Assembly: GCA_002633005.1 (NCBI GenBank) | Contig: NMRA01000590.1 | Span: forward strand, 54,343 to 118,342 | Length of the DNA stretch: 64,000 nucleotides | Origin: Phoronis australis | Lineage: Eukaryota > Animalia > Phoronida | Reading direction: 5' to 3' | In this document: in pieces, positions 13,479 to 24,400 of the stretch | Layout of the letters: every line of letters begins with the position of its first letter | Position numbering within the stretch: the first letter of the stretch is position 1 | Position numbers and translations under genes: made by a program | The notes under the pieces: model-generated | Seen by the model: only the letters and a program-made list of their open reading frames with translations | What the model was told of the DNA's origin: nothing | Databases searched by the model: none

Positions 13479-16400
13479 TAGTCGGTGGGCCAGACCTCAT
13501 AGCGTTCATCCTTGTGAGTACTTTGGGGGGCAACCTAGTTTTTTCTATGTGGCTAGATAATATACCTATAAATCAAATTCCAAAAAGTTCCCACGTCTAC
13601 ACTTGCATTTTTTAAAAAAGGTGTTTTTGTTGCACAAAATATGATGCACATTCCTGCCACTTGATGGCGCTTTTTTATTGAATTGACCAATCAGAGAGCC
13701 AGATTGTATTGTTGTACTTATTTTCTTCAATATGGCTGCTCCCGTGGAGTGTGATGCCTGTATAATTCAAGGTTTATCAAGCAGCACAAAATTGTGATGT
13801 CAGAGCCTAAAGAAGCTTAGGAAAGCTTCCTGACGAAAGCTGATAGACTTTGGAACTCTGAAGATCAGTAGATCAAAAATAAGAAGAGGCGGGTGTCACA
13901 AACGTTTGTGCAGAAAACAGCTGCATGCCCTGGTAGCCTACACAGTCACAGTATACTGCTGAGTGCTGTAGACTAGAAGACCAAGTGTAAGACCAAAAAT
14001 TGAAAGGACATAGAACGGCATAGCAACGTTTCAAGGCACCAACAGTAGTACTAAAGCTGAAGTTGCTGAAAGTGATACAGATGTTATCCAAGATTCCCAA
14101 GAAAATCAATTATACTTCCGAAATCTAAAACACCCAATTAACCTGAACAAGATAGGAACATTCTGAAACATGAGTGCATCATTTGTTAGCAGGAAAAGTA
14201 CATTATGGGTCACATTTCAAGATAGAGAAGGAAGTATAGCTTTCAAAAACAGGTACGTGTTTTTAAAAAATTCATCTTGGTGTTTTCCATGTGTGTTGCA
14301 GTATTATCACCAGTTGTTTTTTAACTTGTTCAGCCCCTTGGCTGCCTAGGCCTTAGACAATACTGCTGACCCAGTAGAGACGATGATCATACCATAGGTA
14401 CTCCATATGCCGGATACTTTTCGGCAAATTATGTTCCTATAAGTTTAGAAGTACCGCGAAGAGAGATGCCTCCTATGGCGTTATACTGTTGGTGCGATTT
14501 TAAAGCACTTTAAGTCAAAAATTTTTGAGAAGGTTAAATGGAGTAGACGGTTGCAAACAACATGCCCAAGTGGCCGTCATCACCTGCCATAGTCTCAATT
14601 TTGTGTAAACATTAATTACTTAGGTAGCTGCAATGATAATTAAATTAAAGTGCCTAAGTGGCCATCGTCGCCGTCGAAATTTGAGGACGACGGAAGCCAA
14701 TGTCCATTTCGTCAAACGTCGATTACCTTAAGTGTAAATCAATTGACTATAGTTTGAGCATCTGATTTAAAAAAATTAAATTTCAATCACTGCACTGGTA
14801 TATCAGCTGATTTATTTTCAGTTGCATCAAATGATCTAATTATTAGACGATCAACATTATTAGGCTGCAGATCAGACGGCATGTAAATTTGTTAGGCTGG
14901 TGGTGGATCAGTTCCTGATAAGTCCGTCTGAAAAAGTTGCATGCCAACTCACTCATAGTTGAATGTTAAATTAGTGTTAACAGTTCGGTTTTTTCAGTTG
15001 GACTTGTATCGCAAGCAACAGCTCAGTCCAGAGCCCTGAATATGCAAATGAAATTCAAAGATAAAGACCTTGTGTCTTAGAAGCCAAGTACCACAGATCA
15101 TCATGCTATAAAAAATACAAAGATAACGATTGTTAAGAGTGACGAATTCACAGTTTTCAGAGATGTTTTTCTACAGTTTTGTTTTGAGTTCACTGAATCG
15201 AAGCTTCTAACACAAGGAGATGTCATTTGCCTTTCAACACTAAAGCAAAACTTTGAAGCTGTTCTTCAGAAAGCTGGTGTGCATGAAGTTATTTGGACAG
15301 GCAATCTTAAGAAATATTGTTGAATCTACTCACTGTTGTAGTTTGTGCCCGACTAAGAGATACTAAAGTAAATTGAGGCCAGTGTTCAATAATTCACTTG
15401 CTAACTCTAATTAACACAGCCCATTATAACATATTTTGAATCAAACGTTTGCCCAAATAGTGCCCGCCTCCAAACAAGGACTTAGTGTTTGACCTTTCAT
15501 TGCCTGCGGGCTAATCACCAGTGTGCAGTGCGGTACCCTCTCTAATCGACCATAGTTGGCTCCTTGGCGGTGGAGCTTTGCAATTAATATGTATGACAAT
15601 GACCGCATCTCCATTGACAGTACTAAACGATGAACGCTGCAAGTGCAAAAAGAACATGTGTGCTGGGAAACTGAGTTTGTGCTGCAATGCTGGGTCAAAC
15701 TGTACAGAAATGTGCAGCTGTGACAACTGTAGTAACATCAGCAACACTGACTGCATAACATTGGATAGTTCTTTGACAAGTCAACCCTAAATAGACCTCC
15801 AACCCCGTTATTTCGTTTTTTGTATTAAAAAGTTAATTTTATTTGTTGATTAAGTCATAGAAAGTACATACTTTGATCATTGTTATGTATTTGTCTCATA
15901 CTGCTTGATAAACGCTGTCAGAATAATCTATTATTTTGATACAGTCTTTGTGCACATTCACAGAGATCATTCAGCTATATTGTTTTTTGTACTATAACGT
16001 ATTTCTGGTGTATTATGCAAACAAGCTGTATTTTACACCATAAGTCAATGTTTTAGTCATTGAGGCACAAATTTTGTCCAGTCTCAAGTGTTTTGTGTTA
16101 TTTTTGTTGCCTGACAATGCCAGAATAACTTCCTAGTAACATTCAGACTTAGTTAGCATTTTTGCCACTAGGTGTCTCTTTACATTTTTTAAATTTCACT
16201 CTTTACAATTAATTTACAATAGTAAAACATGTAATGTGAGTGTAATATTGTTCAATACAATGGCACTGATGGGACCATATTACTTGTTTTACAAAAAAGT
16301 CACCAAAACTGTTGTTTTTTACAAATATAATTTTACTAAACTCTTTGGTAATTATTAGGTAACTTCAAACTCAAATTTCTCAAAAATGTGCAACTTTATA

Positions 16401-16529
16401 TGTGGGAACTTTTTAGATTTTTAAAACACTCTAATAAATGAAATAAAAAACACCAAAATAAAATTGCCCCCCTAAAGTACTCACAAAAATCATTTTCTGG
16501 AGGCCCTATAAAATCTGGCTCACCGACTA
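13479..16529 (+). mobile_element. Internally deleted Academ-like DNA transposon (3051 bp)
   Basis: TIRs TAGTCGGTGGGCCAGA / TCTGGCTCACCGACTA, plus a subterminal TTGTGAGTACTTT(G/A)GGGGGGCAA at both ends. 3-bp TSD TTA at 13476-13478 and 16530-16532. Decayed coding motifs EAKYHRSSCY (about 15080) and a C-terminal Cys-rich domain. TAG termini with a 3-bp TSD fit Academ. Confidence 0.8.
15521..15790 (+). pseudogene. Cys-rich (CXC/Cys8-type) C-terminal domain remnant of the transposon protein
   Basis: DHSW...RCKCKKNMC...CCNAGSNCTEMCSCDNCSN, the Cys pattern seen at the end of Academ proteins. Lies within the TIR-bounded element. Confidence 0.7.
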
Positions 16530-16532
16530 TTA

Positions 16533-16631
16533 GGAAATATTGGGTGAAGTGGCCCTTCACTACATTCCAACTGACTTCTATTTCAGTTGATGATGACATC
16601 TGAACAGGCTTTATTGTAGGAGCTTGAAACT
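16533..16631 (-). pseudogene. 5' half of the transposon-split FN3 exon
   Basis: acAG| then FQAPTIKPVQMSSSTEIEVSWNVVKGHFTQYF. Joining to 13478 restores YFLTC and a 264-nt phase 1-1 exon. Confidence 0.85.
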
Positions 16632-17540
16632 CTGTCATGGAGTTGAGGACAATAAAAGAATTTTAAAATGAGTTAAAACAAAGTTAGACAATGTAAATTA
16701 TGTTAACTCAATGCACCGTGTCTTTTTAGCAGGTCTGTTTCTGTAACTTAACAACTTTCGTGTTTCACATAGTCTAATAAACCATGCGTTGCGGCATAAG
16801 TTTGTATTAGCTATTACGAAAGTTTGGTCACATTTGCCAATCCTACGAAGAGCAATGTTACCTCATTGCAAGATTCTCGAGACAAGTTTTGCGTTTTCCA
16901 AACTATTCCGTGTTAAAAAGAATCTGTATTCGTGCCCGAAATTGACCAATCAGAGGATCACGACTAAAAATGGCACTCCTTTCAAACACAGGCCACTCTT
17001 TAAAGGGAGACGCCACATGAGAATGGTTTTTACATTTTGTAGCGCCCTGACTTTTTTACACAAATCTTAGAAGGGGTCCGTTGATCCATAACCACCCTTT
17101 CCTGTATTTAGAGATATCCGTCCTAATCTCGGATTAGGTATGGGCCACATAGATGGAAGAAATTGGATGTCTTCCTGTTTTGTAGAAACGTGCGTACAAT
17201 GTTTTAAATGAGGGAAGGTCACCTCTCGTTTAGTCACGTAATGATGCAGTCAACTACCATTCCTTCCACTTATTAACGAAATTGCCTCTCATAACAGGAA
17301 CACCGTGTATGTGACTGGCGAAATTTCATCTCAAATGGGTCGACTCGGGGCAATCTCCTCTTAAATGCAACCCCATCAACTTTCCTTGAGGTGTAGCTGC
17401 AATTTATTGATTAAATGCAGAACGTGTCCTTGTGATTAAAAGCGGCATTAAGCCACGCGGCTCAAACAACCAACAAGAGCAACGCTGCGATGGATTTCAC
17501 CTTCGACAGCACCAGAAATGGAAAACTTATCGGGTGATTA

Positions 17541-18212
17541 ACGTGTAGAAAATTAAGTCAAATACTGGACTTACGGATTGAGTTGGCTACGTCGCGTCCT
17601 CATAAGAGGGTTCACGATGTTTTTGTTTCGGTCAAACCAAAAAACACCATATGGAGTCAACTACTGAATGTGAAAAATAAGACCACAAAAGAGAAAAAGT
17701 CAAATGTGGTGTATGGCATTTCATGCTCGGGTCCAGGGTGTGAGGAAGCCTATATTGGGAAAACCAAACAAGCCCTGAAAAGTCGGATCAGTCAACATCG
17801 CAGACCCACTTACGGGGATTTCTATGATTCGGCGGTTTTCAGTCATACATGTATAGCTGCTCCGGACTTTTCATTCTCCCTGGATGATGTCACAGTTCTG
17901 AATAGAGAAGAAAACTGGTTAAGGAGAGGGGTCAAGGAAGCTATATGCATGTACATGTACGAACGAGTGGAGAATCACAGCTTAAACAGACAAGGGGGCC
18001 TGAGGTTTCTGTTGCCAAGAATTTGGAATAGGGCACTAAAAGAGTATTATGCGCAAACTGTGCTGTCGATCACATGATGTGTCACATGACATCTCTGTGG
18101 CCTGTCAAAGTCCTCGAGAGGAGGACGCAACTCAATCGGTAAGTCCAGGAATTTATTTAGTTTTCTACTAGTTATTTACTCAACTGAATGACTGGAAGTA
18201 TTCAACGTATTC
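17541..18212 (+). mobile_element. 5'-truncated Penelope-like retroelement (GIY-YIG + pLTR)
   Basis: 11-bp direct repeat TCGGGTGATTA at 17530-17540 and 18213-18223. The segment 17545-17602 is an inverted copy of 18121-18178, typical of an inverted partial pLTR. Confidence 0.85.
17583..18077 (+). pseudogene. GIY-YIG endonuclease domain of a Penelope-like element
   Basis: SNVVYGISC...CEEAYIGKTKQALKSRISQHRR...SAVFSH...RRGVKEAI...LNRQGG. No RT upstream (truncated). Confidence 0.9.
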
Positions 18213-18371
18213 TCGGGTGATTATTACTATCATGAAAATGATCAAATGACCGAATGCAAAATGTATCTTCGTCTTTTGAACAGAAAACTGCTTGAATCGC
18301 TTTTAATGTGTTAGGGTACATAATATTCATTCATATCGAGCGAATTCTCAATAATAGTGCATGTCACTCAC

Positions 18372-18635
18372 TCGTTTTCGCTATGATGGGGTCGCTAACG
18401 ACGTCATCGAAGTTACCTCTCTTAGTTGTAACAGTTCCGAAGTATGCTGTACCAGGGACAAGTTTGGTCAATCTCAAAAAGGTCGCCACCGTGTTTAAGG
18501 AAGCAATGACAGGCCCGTTTTTGATTGTGCTATATTGAAACGTGTAATTGTGTTTCCCTCCTCTGGCCTTCGTCCACGCAAAAAAGATAGAGCGAATTGT
18601 TGTGTTCACTACCGACAACACAACTTTGTCGAGAC
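18372..18635 (-). CDS. FN3-domain exon (264 nt, phase 1-1)
   Basis: ttcttgcAG| ... |GTGAGT. SIFFAWTKARGGKHNYTFQY...KLVPGTAYFGTV. Confidence 0.85.
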
Positions 18636-19709
18636 CTGCAAGAATTCTGAAATCTCAACTTTTGAAGTCTGAAAGAGAGACACATTATTCCTTGTTAAGA
18701 AGGTTCTTAACGATCCTAAACACTGGCATTTAATTGCAAATGATACATAATATAGTTATTAGACTGGTTAATAACTTAAGTTTCTTGGATCTGGAAAAAC
18801 TGTCCGTTTGTTAGTTAGTTAAGACCATGGCTGGAGCACAAAACAACCCGCCGACTCAAGCCAACGCATTTTGACTCATATTGGGCAACTTGGCCAAACA
18901 ATTTTAACTTACATGTACATAAATTGAGATTAATTTATTACCCGCCGTTTTAAAGGGAAATTCTGGGCATTTCTCAGCTTTAAGACAATTGGTACAAGTA
19001 GGGCCAAGCTCACGGCTGTTCAGAAATAGATACCCGTTGCGTAAAACCATATGACGGGCCTGACGAATTTCATTGGCAAACGTTGAATCACCTAACCTAA
19101 GACATGGATATGTATGTGATTTGATTGTTCAGCTACTAATTGGCCCGATTTGCGTTGCAGTTTAGATTAATTTGGCAGGCTCAGAAGTCTTGCATTACTT
19201 TATTGGCACTGCCAAAATGGGTTCGTCTATTTTCGAATCAGGGAGAACACACGATCCTTTGCCTTACAATTTTTCATGCAATCTGAACACCCAATCTGTC
19301 TAGCTAACTGTTTTAAAATGTTCTTATGGACAATTTGGTTGTTATAAAATGTCGGATGTTTTCAAAATACGGGTAAATTATTTTTTATGCCAAGTTACCG
19401 TACATATATAATTTATCTGCCTCAAAACGTCGTTGTTGACATAAACAAAACCCAAAATTGGTTCCATACGGACGTGTATCCTTGAACCTGGGCCAGTCAC
19501 CAGAGTTTACTTATATCCTTAAATTACTCAGATGCTTTTATTTAACTTGGATTCACTGGAGTTCAACTTGAGAAATGGCGACCACCATACCTTACTTAAG
19601 CCCAAAAATGTTCTCGAGCGGCTATGAAATTCTTTGGCGCGATAAAATCAAAATCGAAGAAAGACGCCCCCGGTATCAATTGCATCAATATGCATGTCGA
19701 CATCCTTAC

Positions 19710-19970
19710 TTGTCATGCCCTTGACGACTTCTTGACTAACGGCATCATCAAACAGTTTTCTTTGCGTCACTACGTGTATAGCGTACTCCTTGGTTGGTTT
19801 GAGATTTGTACACACTCCTCGTGTTTTCGAAGATTCAACTTTGACCTCAGTGCTCCCGCAACGGAGTAAATAGTTATCTTTACGTCCTTCTGCGTGATCC
19901 CACTGAACAGTCAAGCTGTCTCCAGTTGTAAGGTTTTCGATTACCCTGATATTCTTTGCTACATCAAGGT
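19710..19970 (-). CDS. FN3-domain exon (261 nt, phase 1-1)
   Basis: tttgttatAG| ... |GTAAGG. LTVQWDHAEGRKDNYLLRC...GVCTNLKPTKEYAIHV. Confidence 0.85.
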
Positions 19971-20339
19971 CTATAACAAAAAATGGCAATGTTATCGAGT
20001 AAGTATCATCAAGACGTCCAATTGAATCTCCTCACTAAACGTGAATCTGTAACTAAGCAATCAGACTTTGCCCTAAAATCAACACAAGGCAAGTAACAAC
20101 GATAGCTTAGAACGACAAATGCAAGTTAGAATATGTTCACTTGAATTTTGGCTAAATAGAATGTAGTGCTTGTCTTGCATTTCATAGTGTGAACATCTAA
20201 TGATAGCCTTGTAAAAATTTATCCAAATGGTGAACATATTTTGTTAAGTCTAAACCATGACACCAGAACCCGTTTAGCGAAGAGTCAACCGCCAAAAAGG
20301 GAACTTTTGAACATTCATTTGAGGTTTTGGAGTTTGGGT

Positions 20340-23300
20340 CAGATGTGTCTGTCAGTAATTAGCCTGATGTTACTGCCCCGTTTACTAGTATTCCTCCTCT
20401 AGATGCTCTGTCCATTGCTAAACCTCGATTTGAGGTGTTCCCTGTCAGTTGCTCAAGTCTGTGTTATTTTGTCGTTATGCTTGAACGCTACTTATTTTGT
20501 GTTTAAACTGTTGCATTACATTCAACAGCATAGATGTGCTATGGACTCGCCCGTATCTCCCATAGTAGCAAACCTGTATATGGAGGTCTGCGAACACCTC
20601 ATTCGTAGTCAATATCCTGGCCACACCCCTAGATTGTGGTTGAGATAGGTTGACGACACGTTTGTTATTATTCGCAAGAATGATCTATCTGCTTTCTTCA
20701 AGTTCATTAATGAGTTTGACCCTAACATCAAATTTACCCAGGAACACTGTAAAGATGGCAAGCTGCCTTTTCTTGACTGTTTAGTCTCCATTAAACAGAA
20801 CAGATCATTTGACACAAAGGTTTACCGCAAGAATACTCAAACTGACCACTATCTTCAATTTGACTTGAACCATCCTCTCATCCACAAGCTGGGTCTGATT
20901 CGCTCTTTTAACCACAGAGCTAACACTATCATTTGTGACCTTTTGAAAATTTCTGAGGAACTGAACTACACTAAAGGTGCTCTTGCCATATGCGGTTATA
21001 AACGTTGGTCGTTCACCAAAGCGGAAAGATCAGAGAGGAGTAAAGTAAACACTCAGACAACCCCTACTGTTAGTTCTCCTACTCGTGTAGTTATTCCTTA
21101 CGTCTGGAATTACAACCTCATTGACATGGACAAACTGCGCTCTGATAAACCACATTCAACTGGACTGAAATACTTAACAAAAGTGACATAAATGACGCAG
21201 TCTCAATATTCACACAGTCACTCTTCAACATATTAGATAATAATATCCCATCAACCATGAAAACAATAAAAAACAAGAACAAACCGTGGTTTAACAATAA
21301 CATTAAGTCTGAAATAAATAAAAGAAATAAACTGTACAGATCGTTCAGAAGATCAAATAACCCATGCACGTTCAAGAGCTACAAAGAACAGTGCAAGAGT
21401 GTGGAAGAACTAATTAAAAAGACAAAACAAGACTACAAGATGAAAGTTATCTCCAATATCAAAAATGTCTCCAAAAATTCTAAGGAATATTGGGATATAG
21501 TAAACAAAATTCGAGGACAGGTAAAGCAATCATCATACCCCACCATCCACTCAAAAGAATCCAACTCTCAGGCGTCATCCAAAGCCGATAAAATTATCTT
21601 GTTTCTAGACTACTTCACTGCCAAGAGTCACATTGCACCAACAATAAACTATCCAGAAGTCCCAAACAGAACATTAGAACACCTCTCTTACATACAAGCC
21701 CAACCATCTGAAGTCAGGAAACTACTAGAAAACATTGACGAAAACAAAAACGACGGTAACAATCTCATAACCAATAAAATGACCAAGATAATAGCAAGAG
21801 AGCTTGCACTTCCTCTGACAACATTATTCAACAAAATACTACAATCTGGAAAATTTCCTTCGAACTGGAAGCTTGGCGTTATGATACCAATACACAAAAA
21901 GAATTCCAAAACAGACATCGCCAACTATCGCCCCATAACTCTACTAAACACATTATCCAAAATTTTAGAAAAAATCATTTCTCAGCACATGTTTGACCAC
22001 CTCTCTTCACAAAACCTCATCAATCGTCGCCAATTTGGATTGATGCCTGGTAACAGCACTGTGTCGCAACTTACAGAAATTGTACACGACATCCACCTCC
22101 AGTTTGAGCAAAGGGTACAACGTTAGATCCGTATTCTTAGACATTGCGTCAGCTTTTGATGTCGTTCCCCATGACCTGCTTCTACATAAATTACAATCTT
22201 ACGGTTTCTCAGGCACTCTCCTCTTACTTTTAAAATCATATCTGGAAAATCGAACTTACAAAGTCCGAATTGAGGGTGTCTTATCACCTTCATCAACGCC
22301 AGGTTTCGTAAATGCTGGAGTACCACAGGGTAGCGTACTAGGCCCCTTACTCTTTTTTCTGTACATCAATGATCTTCCAGAAACGATAAGCTCTAAAACA
22401 TCCTTATATGCTGATGACACTGCAATTTTCCACCCATTCTCAAAAGAGCATCCCCATGACTCCTTACAATTGCAAACTGACCTAAACAAACTTTATGACT
22501 GGTCTCACAAATGGAAGAATTTAAACCTGAAAATGTGTTGATGTTATATTTTCTAAGTCTAATAATACTCATTTCCAAACAAATCCAACACTGGAATTAT
22601 CACTCAATGGGGAAGTTATCCCCAATAAGCTCACGCACAGACATCTTGGCTTGCTACTCGACCATAAGCTTACATTTACTCCTCATTGTCGCGAACTCGT
22701 TCAAAAAGTACAAAAATTGATTAATCCAATTAGAATTATCTCTCGTCATCTCAACTCCATGCATCTTGAAACCCTGTTCAAGTCTTTTGTACTTCCACAT
22801 CTAGATTACTGTGACATAATTTACTAATCTGCAAACGCTGGCATACTTCTTCAATTAGAAAGACTACAATACCAAGCAGCTTTATCCATAACCGGGGCAT
22901 ACAAAGGCTCCAACACAATCAAGGTTCTAAATAGTCTTCACTGGAGCAAACTAGCAAGCCGTCGTAAACTCCACCTGTCCATGTATGCATTCAAAGTCTT
23001 AACCAACATAAACAATTACTCAAACATAATCCTCTTTGACTCCGACAAAAGACCAAGCACGAGACCACGACTCCGGCAAAGCAATATGTATACTATTCCA
23101 GCCTCCATCAGCCAAGCCTTCAGAAGATCAACGATGTTAACTTGTATTGACAACTGGAATTCCTTACCATTCAAAATAAAAGAAAGCACTTCAATCGTCA
23201 CTCTCAAAAATAACTTTAAAATGCATACCACTACTCCAGTCCCATTGACATCATTCCAATTTCCCCGCAACCATGAAATAACCCTATACATATCAAGATG

Positions 23301-24400
23301 TGGTCTATTCCTAAACAACGAGAAATTAAGACATAATTTTAATAATATTTCGACTCTGTGTTCCTGTGGAGATACCCAGACATATCCTCATGTTTTCTTT
23401 GCTTGTGAGGTATGCAAGGAGGAGAGGATACAGCTCTTCCAGGCACTTGAAAAATACCCCAATGTTAATAAAAAAGTATTCTGAAATTCCGCAATTGTAC
23501 AACAAAATTAATTTCTTTCTGTATGGATGTCAAGAACTTAACTCAAACGAACATAAGGTTTTATTTGAAATAGTATCAGAATTTCTATATAACATTAAAT
23601 CTCTTTGTGTGAGTGGATAGAATTTTATACATCTGTATGAAAATGAATTATTTTCATTCGTTGTCATATATCATTGTATTCTAACATCAGTTTTTTATTT
23701 ATGTATTCGCATATAATCATTGTATATAGACTTCTTTGTATTTTTTACCCAGATCTAATGTCTCTTGGCGGTTTCTGGGTTATGTATATTCATTGTATTC
23801 TGAAGATTTCGTAATAAACTTTAAAAAAATTCCTTACGTCCAGGGCCAGTCTAACCGCCTCAAGAGGACATTAAAATAGTTTGTCATTTCTATTATCCAC
23901 AAACCATTTGATTCTCTCCGCAGTCAACTGGTTAATGTCAAGGACAAGACCCCCAAGGTTAATAGATCATGTGTTGTCTATGGTGTCAGGTGTAAGAATC
24001 CCCAGTGCTCAGACTGTTACATTGGTGAAACGAAACAGTCCATTAAAATGCGTGTGTCACAACATCGTCGTCCTAGTTACAGGGACATAATTTCAACGCG
24101 GATGATGTTGCTATCTTAGAGTGTGGGGAGACTGGTTCAAAAGGGGTGTAAAGGAAGCTCTTCATGAGCGCATTGAGAGTCCTTCTTTAAATAAAAGAGG
24201 TGGTTTACGATTCGTTTGTCACACGTGTGGGATGGTGTACTGACGTCAATGACACGCCGTTTAGCCAAAACGCCACCAATTGGCCAGAATAACGATAACG
24301 TCACAAGCCAAGCTAAAGTTCGTGAGATGCGGACGCAAAGTCGCTATTTTTGTAAGTTTTTAATCCAGTATTCGACTCAATCTTGATCTACACTAGTGGA
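20340..24400 (+). mobile_element. Decayed Penelope-like element (RT + GIY-YIG), interrupted by a LINE
   Basis: RT motifs MDSPVSPIVANLYME, W.R*VDDTF, LPFLD and HPLIHK at 20370-21104. After the LINE it resumes IPYVQG and VVYGVRCKNPQCSDCYIGETKQ...SQHRR (23841-24230). Outer boundaries are approximate. Confidence 0.85.
21105..23828 (+). mobile_element. 5'-truncated CR1/L2-group LINE (ORF2 RT, frameshifted)
   Basis: KPWFN, NYRPITLL, VFLDIASAFD, GVPQGSVLGPLLF, LYADD and a C-terminal CSCG...H...C. AATAAA plus short A tail. 12-bp TSD ATTCCTTACGTC at 21093-21104 and 23829-23840. Confidence 0.92.

Noticed and set aside
16396-16532. C-terminal part of ORF 16396-16638
   Set aside because: Read-through from the FN3 half-exon into the transposon TIR, not real protein.
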